Part shown: in pieces, positions 46,891 to 58,785 of the stretch | Numbering within the stretch: position 1 is the stretch's first letter | Layout of the letters: every line of letters starts with the position of its first letter | Assembly (NCBI GenBank): GCA_965603825.1 | Contig: CBFDEM010000030.1 | Span: forward strand, 434,001 to 498,000 | Length of the DNA stretch: 64,000 nt | Source of the DNA: Blepharisma stoltei ATCC 30299 | Lineage: Eukaryota; Protista; Ciliophora | Direction: 5' to 3' | The notes under the pieces: generated by a model | Databases searched by the model: none | Told to the model about the DNA's origin: nothing | The model's input: only the letters and a program-made list of their open reading frames with translations | Made by a program: the position numbers and the translations under genes

Positions 46891-49524
46891 TTATGAAGAT
46901 ATAAGGAGAGCTAATAATGTAAGCCTTTTTTCTGGGTCAGCAGAGGTATCAATGCTAGCGTTCTTCTTGCCTTGAAGCTCTTCAGCGTGGGTTAATGGCT
47001 CTAAGAAATATTCTGCCAAGCTTTCTTCAGACAAACCATTAAAAGACCTATGCCCAAGCAAATTTTTCAAAAATGATGCAATATACTCAAGTACCCTGGC
47101 TGATATCGGATCTACCGACCTGAATAAATGGTTTTTCACTAAAGCAAATTGCGAAGACTCTGACATTTGGCATGCACTATCCAAAATAGCAGTTGGCAGA
47201 ATAGGCTCAGACAAAGACTCTAAAAACTCAATTAAAATCGAGCACATTGAATGGACGTCAGTTTGCTTATTAAACTGTTTCCCTGTATCCAAAACATCTC
47301 TTATGTGGGCTAAAACTTCTAAATTCCCAGTGTCCTCAAAGAGTCCTTTGACTCTAAGTCCTTTATCTTTAATAAATTCAATAATCCTATAAAGCTCTTT
47401 CGGTAGCTCTATAGACATTGATGAGGACGTGGCAGCATTTTTTATACATGATTTAAGCCCCATAATAGGCCCAACAATTTTTATCAGATCTTGGCAGCTT
47501 GCCCCAAAACATGAGCCTACAAAATCACATGTTACTTCAATCTACATAAAATTTACAAAATAATCACTGCTCCCTACAATTCCAAGAATCATCATGACAG
47601 ACCTATAATCTTGTTTTGCATTTGCTTTTCTTGCTTGCTTTTCATTAAAACAAGCAGTAATTTCAAAAGAAAATTGCTGCCCTGGGGCGACAGATGCAAA
47701 TGTGGGAGAAATTGATACCCAGCTTTTCAATGTATTTATCTGTTGATTTGGTCTGATTTCTAATGGAATAATGGAATATCCTTTATTTTCTACAGTTAAA
47801 AGTTTGGTTTGGCTTACTTTATATCGCATCCCAGTAAATTGTATCAAAGTTTCTGATATTTGAAGCTTTGGCAATGGTGAATGCAAAGCTTCGTCGACTG
47901 ATTTAAAAACTTCATCTTTCAGCTTATTCATGGCTTCTTGGTTTGATATTTTTACTGGGACTATAAAATATCCAAAAACAGGCACATGGTCACTTTGAGA
48001 AATATATGGACATGATCCATACCTTTGAAGAGTGGAATTGCCTTTATATAGAATTCTATCACACCAGGCTGGGTCTCGTTTAGGGCTATATTATAATTAC
48101 TTGTAGACTAGCTCGATTGAATCTTGTGTAAGCTTATATGTAGGACGAAAATTTATAGTACCTTCAGTGAAGTCAGCTAGCATCTGTTGTTTTCTTCTTT
48201 CGTTTAACAGCTGGTCATAATCTAATAAAGAACGATAATCGTGTGCTTGGATTCTCCTTAAAATTTCTTCAGAGGTTAGTGTATTAAGCCTATAATTCAT
48301 GTCTCCATTGAAGAATATAAAATCATGCTCAAATAAATTCTTTATCCTTCCATCTTCCAAATTGAATTTTGTTTCTTTAGAAATTATCTTTATATGCTTA
48401 TTTCTCAAAATTGTCTGATTTTTGTGGGGCGCTAAATGGCAGTTAATCAAACAAATGCTGGTATCAAAAATTTCAAACCTAAAAGATACTGCCCCTTTAT
48501 TTCCTGTGTAGCCTTTAAAGCCTAGTTTTACACTAGCTGCACACATATTTTTTATACTCTGTTGTAGCTCAATTTTCGCAAAAATCAGAGTCAAAAGTCC
48601 AACTAAATCTGCATCAGCTACCAATACATATTCAAACCCAGGATATGCAGAGTTTACTTGTTCTTTGATATTTTCAGTTCACTCCCTTTTCCTACCTTCA
48701 CTTCCCAAAATATTTTGTGCTTTTAACTCACACATCTCTTGTAGCGAAATTAAAAACAAGTCTGGAGCTTCAGCAGGACTGTCTTCATTCAAGTTCTGGC
48801 ACTTAAGTCATGAAATCAAAGGTTCAGCTGGTGCAGTTCCAGCTGCGTTTCACGTCCCTACCATAATTTTCAAGTCCTTGATTTCTGTAAATTCATTTTC
48901 TCGCTTTTGCAGTTGTTCTTTTATATAAGTGTTCATGATTTCTGAGCCAAAATGTTCAGGTAATAAAGCGACTGTTGTCCTGTGCTTAAAGTCTCTTTCA
49001 TTGTTTTCATCTAAAGTCCTTACTTGTGCAGGGATTACAGACTCGTAATATCATATCCATCTATGAGTATTTGCATCTGATGAAAAAGGAGCCCTTTGAT
49101 ATCTTCCTACATCTTCTATATGCTTTGCTATGAAATTAAAGGTTTCGTGGGCGTTGGTTTTTATTTCTCATGATGTTTCTACATGGTCAAGCCATCTTAC
49201 TGAGTAACCTTTCTCACGTGGGATTATGCGCAGCTCCTTTGTGAGTGGAAAAACAACAAGCAAGCTCACTTTTGTGTTTATTTTAAGCAGCCGTGAAGGC
49301 TTGTAGAGAAATAAGCTGATTAGGAATTACGCAAGTTCGTTTGGCGAATCTGAATTTGAAACAATTACTAAGAAGGCATTTTTGACTTTTCCTTCAATCC
49401 AAGCACTGACTTGCTCGAACTGCATAGGAATTACATGGACAATCTTCTCTGTATCTCGCAATTTGCCTTGGATTGCTTTTTTGGGATTTCCTATTAATTG
49501 ATTCAATTGATTCAACGGATTCAT
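46891..49524 (-). CDS. OCRL/INPP5B-like inositol polyphosphate 5-phosphatase (5-phosphatase, ASH, RhoGAP-like), about 862 aa
   Basis: VGT[W]NAAG, GNKGAV, NCHLA, GDMNYR, PAWCDRIL, SDHVPV, SCFG. Five TGAs; introns 49316-49330, 48086-48100 and 47542-47556. Confidence 0.92.
47542..47556 (-). other. 15-nt intron
   Basis: gtaaattttatgtag; contains in-frame TAG. Confidence 0.88.
48086..48100 (-). other. 15-nt intron
   Basis: gtaattataatatag; restores YNPKRDPAWCDRIL. Confidence 0.92.
49316..49330 (-). other. 15-nt intron
   Basis: gtaattcctaatcag; contains in-frame TAA. Confidence 0.85.
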
Positions 49525-49546
49525 ATATAATATTACCAAAAATTAA

Positions 49547-50475
49547 ATGAATATTGGCATTTATAAAAAAGTCCTCAGTAGGGCTCCAAAAACACAGATT
49601 TATGAAATTTTAAGCGAAATTGATACAATTATCAGTGATTGTGACGGAGTAATGGTATGGTAATGCAGTATGCAGGCACCAGAAGTTTACCTTATGTACA
49701 AGAAACCTATAAGCTCTTAAGAGACATGGGAAAACAATTTTTTTTTTACTCAAATTCATCGACAAAGACTAGAAAAGATATCAGTTTGAAGCTAGAAAGT
49801 ATTGGGATTAAAACAGAGGTTAAAAATGTTTTTACAGCCTCTTATGTAATGGCACATTATGTTGCGAATTATCATCCTTATATAAAGAAAGTTTATGCGA
49901 TAGGCGAAGAAGGACTTTATCACGACTTGAGGGAAAAAGGAATAAATGTAATTGAAGGAAACCAGCATAATCACGGGATTCTGAAGTGGGACTTCTTGAA
50001 TGAAATTCATATGGATGATGATATAGGAGCTATAGTGATGGGATATGACGCAAATTTTAATTATTTGAAATTGGCTATAACTGGTGTTCTTCTATCAAGG
50101 CCTCAATGTTTATTTTTGGCAACAAATTCTGATGACTATGACCTAATTGATGGGCATAAGCACCCGGAAACTGGAGCTTTTATTGCTTCTATTGAAGAAT
50201 TCACTAAAAGAAGCCCTGATGTCGTTGTCGGTAAGCCTAATCCAATTATGTTTAATATTCTCCGCGAAAGGCATCCAGAAATCAGACCAGAAAAGACATT
50301 GATGATAGGTGATAGACTAGACACTGACATGTCTTTTGCTAGAAACAGCGGACTGAAAAAGATGTTGACATTTTCAGGGGTAACTCAGGTAAAAGAGCTT
50401 GAATCTTTATTGCCAACTGATATTGATTACTTTATTCACTATTTGGGTATGCTATATGAGGGTTTAAAACTTTAA
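49547..50475 (+). CDS. HAD IIA phosphoglycolate/pyridoxal phosphatase, about 304 aa
   Basis: Motif I SDCDGV, then SNSS, GKP and IGDRLDTD; frame restored by intron 49655-49668. Confidence 0.9.
49655..49668 (+). other. 14-nt intron candidate
   Basis: gtatggtaatgcag; removal gives DCDGVMYAGTRSLP. Confidence 0.7.
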
Positions 50476-50762
50476 ATATAAGGATAACAAAATACTTTGG
50501 TCTTTTATTTGCTTTTTTATTTGGATTTTTTAATCTCTCACAGTAATTAATACTAAGCACATGTGGAAATGTTGAAAGACGCCTTTAGTCTACTTAATTG
50601 AATAATAATTCAAATATAATCAAATAAAATAGACCTTAAAATCATAGTAGTTTTTTTTATAATCTAGAAATAAAGTTTGCCAGTCTTGCTGTCTAAACTT
50701 TTCCCTAGCAATTTATATTGCAAATACAATTTATCTTATATTCTTAAAAATATGTTATAATT

Positions 50763-52583
50763 ATGGCATTTTATCAAGCATACACAATTTTTAGGTCATT
50801 AGCATTTAAAACACAATACTTTTCAAGAATTTCTGCAAGACCAATCGCCCACTACAGCACTTTAAGTAATGCAGCTTCAGAGCGTGAAAAAATGTTTATT
50901 CTCTACGAATTAGTCAGAAAAATAAAGGAATCCAAAAACATAATATCTGATATTGAACAATTCAGGAAAATCGCTGAATCAAATCTAGAAACTATCTCGC
51001 ATGATAACGCAGTGGAAATTACTTTTTTAATCCACAAAAATTACAATTCATACGAAAATATCATGAAAAAGCTTCTGAACGATTTAGAAGAAATTTTAGC
51101 CAAAAAACTTATAGACTACCCATCAGATTCAGTATCTGCCATCATTAGAAATTACTGTGAAGCAATATTAAGAGGCTACAAATTATCAAATAAGAACTTT
51201 GCTGAAACTATGCTAAAATTTCTCAATATGTCTCATAGGGATGAAAAATTCCCAAATATCCTTTCTACACTTTCTTCAATTTTTGACGAGTTTTCACGGT
51301 TAGGCGTTGATTATAAAACACCATTTAGGATGCTTGAAGGCTCTATCACGCCTAATCTCTTTGAAAAAAAAAGTTTAAGTGAAGTCAATTATATTTTGGT
51401 AGCTTTCAAAAATTATTATGGAAAACAGCTAAAAATTGGTTACAGAATTAAAAATCGATTGCCTTTCTTTGAAAACTGTGAAAATATTATAAAAAAATTG
51501 TCTAGTTCTGCAGAAAGCGTCAATGATGTATATTGAACACTTTTTAATTATATTTCGCTAAACACAGGAAGTGAAGATTTTTTACGGCATTTAGAAGGCA
51601 TTCTAGTTGACAAGTTTAGTGAGTTATCTGATGAAAATTTCAAAGGTTTTCCTTTTTTATATAAAGGGAGGTATGCATTTGACCAAAGATACATAATGAA
51701 TTTTCTTTTTAAAGGTTTTTATGAAGAATTTTTGAGGAGATTTAAAAAAATGAGCATCAATGATATTTCTATTACAGTCTACAGACTGTGATGGTCAAAT
51801 AACCAGTATGGAATTTATTGTGATTCAAGACTAAATTATCTGCTTAAAGAGCTTATTAATGATCGCTTATTGATAGATTCTCTTGAAGAAGACTTGAGAT
51901 ACAAACTTGCTACTAATATTTTAGAATATTTTACCCATGCTGCTGTTATGGATAATGAGGAAATTTTGTCACGTATTAGCGAAATATTGCTCTCTCATGA
52001 AAATCCGTCTCTCAATTTCCTTTTGCCAGCTGCATCTTCTATGGCAAAACATTATAACGTCCCAGAAGAATTTTGAACAAAATTTATACCCAGAATAAAA
52101 GAAATTTTGGAGGTAAATTCGTATAAATATAATACTTATTTATATAGGATTTATATGAACACAAAGCTACATGATGATCCTATTTTAAATCAATTGGAAA
52201 ATGCAATTAATCCTCATTTGGGCAGGATTTCTATTGATTATAACAGAGGGAAATTAAGGAAAGAAGAATTTAATCATAGTTATATGCAAAGAGTAGTCGA
52301 GGATTACTTAAAAAGACACCAAATAAAATATGAAAAAGAATTTTACGATGATTATTATATAGATTTAGCTATACCATCAATGAAAATCGCCATAGAAATT
52401 CAAGGCCCCTCGCATTATTTGTTTCCAGCTAACACACTAAATGGAAAAACTATAAATAAGATAAGAAATTTAGAAAGAAAAGGGTGGAGGGTTTGCTGTA
52501 TTCCTTATTATCAAAATAGGCCACCAATGATTGAAAGAATTCTTAATTACGCAATAGATCGAAAGCGTCCTATTAAATATTAA
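50763..52583 (+). CDS. RAP-domain (FASTK-like) putative mitochondrial RNA-binding protein, about 606 aa
   Basis: Presequence-like N-terminus; C-terminal IDLA...IAIEIQGPSHY...LERKGWRV..IPY; TGA at 51534, 51789 and 52074. Confidence 0.85.
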
Positions 52584-52624
52584 GAACTCATAATAAATAT
52601 AGATAATTCCTTATAAAAATATTT

Positions 52625-53578
52625 TTACTCATTTACTATATGCTGCCCTAGTTCCAAAGCCCATATACTTATTGTTTTATCATCCGACACACTTGCCAGC
52701 AACGGTAAATTTGGATGGAATTTAACACAATTCACATCTGTCAAATGAGAAGACCTCACAGTTTCAATCGGCTGATAATCCTCTTTCCCTAAAATCATAA
52801 TGCTATCATCTCCTGCACAAGTCGCAATAACAGGCAGCACCGGACTGGCATCACAAAAGTATATTGACCTTGTATGAATCCCAGACACTGTCCTTTGCAA
52901 GTGATAATTCCCATCTCCTTCTTTATCCCAAACCTTAAGGGTAAGATCATCACTTACTGACAAAAGAGCATCATCAAGCCACTTCAAGCTCCACACAGTC
53001 CCTTCATGGCTAATCAGCTGTGTTAAAAACTGCCAATCTCCATCCTGTTCCCCCCACAGAATAATTGTATTATCATATGACCCACTTGCTAACAAGTTTT
53101 TGCTTGAATGGAAACTCACAAATTTAATATCTTGTGTATGCCGACTTAGCACAGCGACTGTTTCATATTCAAAATCTATATCAGTTTCCCAGACCCATAC
53201 TGTTTTATCTCTTCCACAGGTAGCTAAAAACTTGTCATCAAAATTTCAGGACACGCATTTTACTTCACTTTCATGGCCTTCTAATGTTAGCATAGGCTCA
53301 AATTTGTGATGGTGTTTTTGCCAAATGACGACAGTACCATCAAAGCTGGCAGAGGCAAGGAGTTCTCCGCTATGGCTTCATGCTATACTTCGTACTGACT
53401 TTGTGTGGGAATCTAAGGTATCACAACATTCCCACGATGCAGATAATGGACCATCTGCTGATCTTCATATTTTCACTGTTTTGTCACCGCTGCAGGTTGC
53501 TAAAAGGTCGCCTGAAGGGCTTCAGTCAGCTTGCCAAACTCTTTCAGTATGGGATGATAAGTTTGACAGCCTTCTCAT
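52625..53578 (-). CDS. CIAO1: Cytosolic Fe-S assembly WD40 protein CIAO1/Cia1, 317 aa
   Basis: HTERVW..D[W]SPSG, VRSIA[W][13 protein letters not shown][W], [17 protein letters not shown]; four TGAs at conserved Trp positions. Confidence 0.92.
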
Positions 53579-53596
53579 AATTATTTAATATATATA

Positions 53597-54618
53597 TTAG
53601 TCACAAATGTTTTTGGCTGGGCTCAGCCTGAGGTGAAATTCTCCATTTACGGTATTGACGGCTTTTAAAGTCATCATACGTAAATCGTCTTGAGATGGAG
53701 ACTCAAAAGGATCGTTGAACTGATGGCCGTAAGCTGTCCTATAGAGGTCTCGACAAGGGTCTGAGGTGAGTTTTGGGTAGGGCTTCCCTTGGATGGCTTC
53801 TACTATTTCTTTATATTGTTGCACTGCTAACCGCAAGGCGTAGTTTGGTCTTAACGATTTTCCTGCAAGGGCAAGACCAGTTACTGGAGAAGTGTTGTGA
53901 AGTCGAAGCCAATTATCAATTGCTGACCTCTCATAGGTATGCCCATCTGCTGTGAACACTGGGTCTTCCATAAGCTCGTGGCTAATTGGGCAGATTAGAT
54001 ATCTAGGTGGGGCATCTAGATTCAAAAGTTTGCGCAATTTCTGTCTAAGTAAAAAAATACCTCATTTTCAGCCTTTAACTTTGACAATTCGCTATTACTT
54101 TCTCTTACAGCTTGCGGATGAAAATGCCAAAATACATTTTCAGCACTTTTTTCTGATAGTCCTATATCATGTAAATCTCTCCGATTCATTCTTCTTAGCT
54201 CTTTAACTCCAATTTTTTCTCTCTTAAAAATATCTGCTTTTTCTTCCAAATTTAGCTCTCTCAGCAGCTGGACTAATTCTGAGTCGTTTTGCGTGATTTG
54301 GGGTTCCTCAATTTTTGTATCATCGCCTTCTAATATTCTTTTGAGGGCTTTTAAATCTTCGCCTGTCACTGAGTCAATTACTCCTTCTAATGCTATTCTC
54401 GCTGCATTTAATGTAGCTTCATCTTCGTTTCTTCCGAAGCCTGCGACTGATTTTTTGTCGTCAATAATAACGTTAGACTCAAAACATTTATAAGCTTTTT
54501 GAGTGACTTGGATGTCGAGCGATTCGTTCTTTCATGAGTAGTATCTTGATAGGGAAGCTTTTATTTGTTCAGGTTTTAGCTGGTATAAAAGCTGTTTGAG
54601 GATTAGGATAGTTGACAT
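53597..54618 (-). CDS. dsRBD-like, SAM, coiled-coil, U-box protein, about 333 aa
   Basis: AGFGRNEDEATLNAARIALE; LLRELNLEEKADIF...DLHDIGL; LICPISHELMEDPV..ADGHTYERSAI. TGA at 54532; intron 54041-54060. Confidence 0.75.
54041..54060 (-). other. 20-nt intron (alternative AG at 16 nt)
   Basis: gtatttttttacttagacag; only the distal AG gives ENE-KLRKLL into the U-box. Confidence 0.65.
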
Positions 54619-54803
54619 TTGAATTTAAATATGAATCGATACTGTTAAATTTAAATTAGAGAGATTTTATGGGGAAATTAAATATTTCTGAGTAGAAGTT
54701 TAATATTAAGGAGATTTTAAATCAATTAAAAGATTTTAACAAAATTCTTGTGTAAAGCTTCTTTATGTAAATTTAATTAATCCACCAATTTCATAGAAAA
54801 TCA

Positions 54804-55628
54804 CTAAATTTGTACTTTTTCATCGTATTCCTGATTTTTAATAACCATTCTGCCTTGGATTTCTTGAATCAAAGACCTAACTCTTACTGAATTTCCTAAG
54901 TATTCAACATGCCTTACTCCAACTCTAATCGCTTCATTTATATTATGATTAGCCAATAAAAATTCCATATATTCAAGCGTCAAGCTTTCATTTCTAGGAT
55001 CTCTTTCATGTAGATACGGTAGCAAAATTGGATCTCTGCATACTCGATTATAATAATAAAAAATCATTTTTGGATCATTACTTCTATTTATCACTCTTTC
55101 AAAAATTTCTTTCGCTTTATCGAGCTGCTCAGCCCTAGCATATGCTTCAGCCAAAAGCAGAGCATAAATCGGAATCGGATCAAGCTCATACGCTTTTAAG
55201 GCTAATTCAATTGCATTTTCTTCTAAAATCATGCAAAGGCATGCTCAAATAGCTTGGCTTTTGGCTGAATTAATAAATCAATTTTCATAAGAACTCTATT
55301 TATCTTTTACAGGCTTGATAATGTTTTGAGCTTCTTCATAGTTTCCGGTTTTAAGGTTTCTTAAGACTCTGATTATCATAGAATCTTCAGGATCTGAAAG
55401 TTTTCTTGAGATATCTGAGATCTCGTTCTCAAAATATCTGTTTTCTATTAGAATCTCAATAAGTTCAAGGATTTCAGAATTAGGTGATTTTTTGTCAAGA
55501 AGAGGGAGTAAGTAAGATAGAGACTCGATACCTTCTTTGTATTTGCCTGAAAGAATAAATCCTTTGCAGAGGTGAGTTAAGATTCTTTGGCTACGTAGCT
55601 TTGGGCTAGTAAATGGATAACTTTTCAT
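54804..55628 (-). CDS. TPR-like helical repeat protein, about 269 aa
   Basis: Two ORFs joined by intron 55296-55310 and TGA 55278 and 55245; LLAEAYARAEQLDKAKEIFERV. Confidence 0.75.
55296..55310 (-). other. 15-nt intron
   Basis: gtaaaagataaatag; contains in-frame TAG. Confidence 0.85.
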
Positions 55629-56054
55629 CCTTGTGTATAAATGATTTAGTTAATGTCAAAATATAATTAAAAATCAAAATTTTCAGCAATTTTAATGATC
55701 CAAACTAAATAGCATCAATAAAAGCTATCCCGCTTGTTTGCAAACTTAAGTAGATTAAAATTTTGAACATATTTAAATTAAAATTCATGAAATTTATTAA
55801 TCTTACTATTGTTTGGCTTAATACCTAAGAAATTAAAATGCCAATGCAATAAACGACTTGTTTTAAGTCACTCAATTTATATCAATTTTATTGGTATATT
55901 TAATTCTAAGATCAGCTTTCTAATTTTATCGATTCTCATCATTATAATATTAAAAATTTCTTTATTCATTAATTTCTTATTCACTGAATTTTCATTTTCT
56001 CTCCTAAATTTGAATTTTATTAATTTACTGGTATAAATAATACACAATTAAATA

Positions 56055-57317
56055 ATGCTGCAGCTAAGAAGTTCAATATCAGCGATCCGTCCATTCAAAA
56101 ACCATTCAAACTTTGAGTTACTCAATACCCTCATAAGTTCTCAATTCTGTGCCCAGCCTTATCTTGTGAATAACATAAATAAGTTTCTTTCTATATCAAA
56201 CCTTTTGATTGGCAAGCACGCAACATGCTACTATATTTCAAAAACTGCAGGAAAAGTTTTCAGTGCAGGAGAGACTTATGAAGAATTAAGAGAAACTCTG
56301 CAAAGACTTTCTGTTCAAAACATGGGTGGGATCATTGATTATTGCGCAGAAGGGGAAACTTCTACTGAAGGGTTGGATAATAACGAAAAAGCAATAATTC
56401 AGTCTGCGTTGTGTGCCACGGAATTTCCTTATCCTTCTGTAGCAGTCAAAGTTACTGCATTAATTGACACAGCACTTTTGGAAAAGCTCAATATTTTCAT
56501 AGAAAAAAAACTTCAAAAAGGAAATGAAAAATATATAAGGATTTTTAATGAAAGTATATTTGATGGACTTAGTAAAGAATTTGAGGAAAAAGAAATTGAA
56601 AGGATTGAAGATTGCATGTTTAGATTGAGAAGAATTGCTAACATCTGTAAAGACAAAAATGTGTCAATGATGATTGATGCTGAGCAAACATTTTTCCAAG
56701 CTGCAATTGATAGCTTTACCTGGACATTACAAAATGAGTACAATAAAAATTCTGCAATTGTCTTAAACACTATTCAAAGCTATTTGAAAGACTCAGAAAA
56801 TAAATTAGCTTCATATTTGCAAGCATCAAAAGAAAAATCTCTATCATTAGGAATAAAGCTTGTTAGAGGAGCTTATATGAGAGAAGAAAATGATATTGCT
56901 TTGGCAAAAGGAATTGCTTCTCCAATTCATGACTCAAAAGAAGCAACAAATTATGCATATCATGCAAATACTGAAGCAATTTTTCAGTATTATAAGCAAG
57001 GTGATCGGCTATGTATTGCAAGCCATAATTGGTTAAGTGCGGAATTTGCTAAGGAAAAATTATATGAGAAAAAAATAGGTAGACTAAGAGGAGGGGTGAC
57101 GTTTGGCCAGCTCCTTGGGATGAAATCTATGATGAGCGCATCTTTAGCTTCAGAAAATTATGCTGTTCAAAGATATGTACCTTTTGGCCCTTCAGACAAG
57201 TTAATTCCGTATTTAGCAAGAAGGGCTATAGAGCAAAGTCAAGTAGTTGGGGAATTATATGAGCAAGTAAAAATGATTCGTGAAGAACTTAAGATAAGGT
57301 CTAATTCAAAGTATTAG
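56055..57317 (+). CDS. PRODH: Proline dehydrogenase
   Basis: IDAEQT, QSYLKD, KLVRGAY, ASHN, FGQLLGM, YVPFG, YLARRA. Confidence 0.95.
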   Translation: MLQLRSSISAIRPFKNHSNFELLNTLISSQFCAQPYLVNNINKFLSISNLLIGKHATCYYISKTAGKVFSAGETYEELRETLQRLSVQNMGGIIDYCAEGETSTEGLDNNEKAIIQSALCATEFPYPSVAVKVTALIDTALLEKLNIFIEKKLQKGNEKYIRIFNESIFDGLSKEFEEKEIERIEDCMFRLRRIANICKDKNVSMMIDAEQTFFQAAIDSFTWTLQNEYNKNSAIVLNTIQSYLKDSENKLASYLQASKEKSLSLGIKLVRGAYMREENDIALAKGIASPIHDSKEATNYAYHANTEAIFQYYKQGDRLCIASHNWLSAEFAKEKLYEKKIGRLRGGVTFGQLLGMKSMMSASLASENYAVQRYVPFGPSDKLIPYLARRAIEQSQVVGELYEQVKMIREELKIRSNSKY

Positions 57318-57868
57318 CAAAATTTAATTTATGTTGATCTCTTTTACTTATATATTCCAAATTATAACTATTGCTAAAATGCATTTTTAAGCTAGGGATA
57401 ATTTAAAGATAAAAATAGCTTGCGTAAATTAAAAAGCATCTAAATGAATTATAAAATATAAAATATAGTCTCAATCTAAAGCTAGAAATAATTTAAGATT
57501 AACTAACTGAGAATATTTTACACGCTTTATTATTTTAATTATAAATTCTAGATGAAATCATATTGGAAGCAATTTTTACAATCTGCTGTAAATTATCAAT
57601 TTACCATTTTGCATTAAAGCTTATCTCAAGGAGAAACAATTAAAATTTGGCTTATAAATGAGTTTTTCTATGCCTTGTAATTTTTTTAAGTTAATATATT
57701 ATTTCAGCATATGAGCTTAGAAATTATAATAAGTATTTTATTTGATCTATATTAGATTAAGCCAACTATTAAAATTATGCATTGGATTGTTTATTTAGTC
57801 CCAAAATTTATATCTCTTTTATCCGATATTAACCAGATAATTATTCGTGGCTAAAACAGCTAATAAAA

Positions 57869-58726
57869 ATGGGTTGTGTTGATTCAAAGTCATCAATTTC
57901 TATTGAAGAAAGAGCTATAATGATCGCAGAAGAAGAATTGGGATATGGAAATAAATACAGTAGAGATGTTGATTTCGTCCACAGAAAATATTCAGTTTCT
58001 GGCTTAATCAATGCTGAGCAATGAAGAGACATTTCTAATTCTCTTCTAATTAAATCAGAAAACACTCCAAGAAATGCTAAAATTGAAGATTTTTTCAGCA
58101 GCTTTAAAAGCATAGATGGAAAGCTGCCTCTTAGATCGTTACTAATTATTGGAGTTTTGCTAAGCGAGGGCCGAGCTTCTGATAAAGCAAGGCTTCTATT
58201 TGAGATATATGACATCAAGAATCAAAAAAGCTTGCCAAAATCAATTATACAGGCTCTTGTTGATGAAATGTTAGATATATCGATAAATAAGCTACCAATT
58301 CTGGTATGCCCTCACCACGTTGCAAACGAGGATGAGGTTAAAAAATACTTAAAAGACCTAAGAGGTTACCAAGAAGTATCAAAGACAGCTATAATTGCTA
58401 GATTCTTAGGAACTGGAGAGGGTGAAGAACAAGAAATCAGCTTATCAGTGTTCGTTAAAAACTTTGAAGATGGTGTAACTGCAAGACTTTTAACAGCTCA
58501 CGGACTGAGAGAGTTTGTTTATTGCCAAAAACCTGTCAGAAAATCAAGAGATTACCTCACCAAAAATGATAAGAAAAAAGCTAAGGATGATGGAAAGGAT
58601 AAAAAAGAAGAAAAAACATCGTCAGATTCATCTGATTCGTCATCCTCTGAAGATAAAAAGAAAAAGAGCAAAAATCAAAAAAATTCTGAAGAAGTCCAGC
58701 CTGAACAGCCTGCCGAAAAAGCCTAA
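57869..58726 (+). CDS. N-acylated (MGC) EF-hand-like protein with Lys/Ser-rich tail, 285 aa
   Basis: ATG 57869 in frame across TGA 58022; DKARLLFEIYD. Confidence 0.75.
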
Positions 58727-58785
58727 ATTATTTAACAATAAAATAACCCAAATTTAAGAAAATTTAACTAGAAATAATATTAATT

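Noticed and set aside
55809-56036. 75-aa hydrophobic ORF upstream of PRODH
   Set aside because: Non-ATG start, and the Ile/Phe/Asn composition is typical of AT-rich intergenic DNA.
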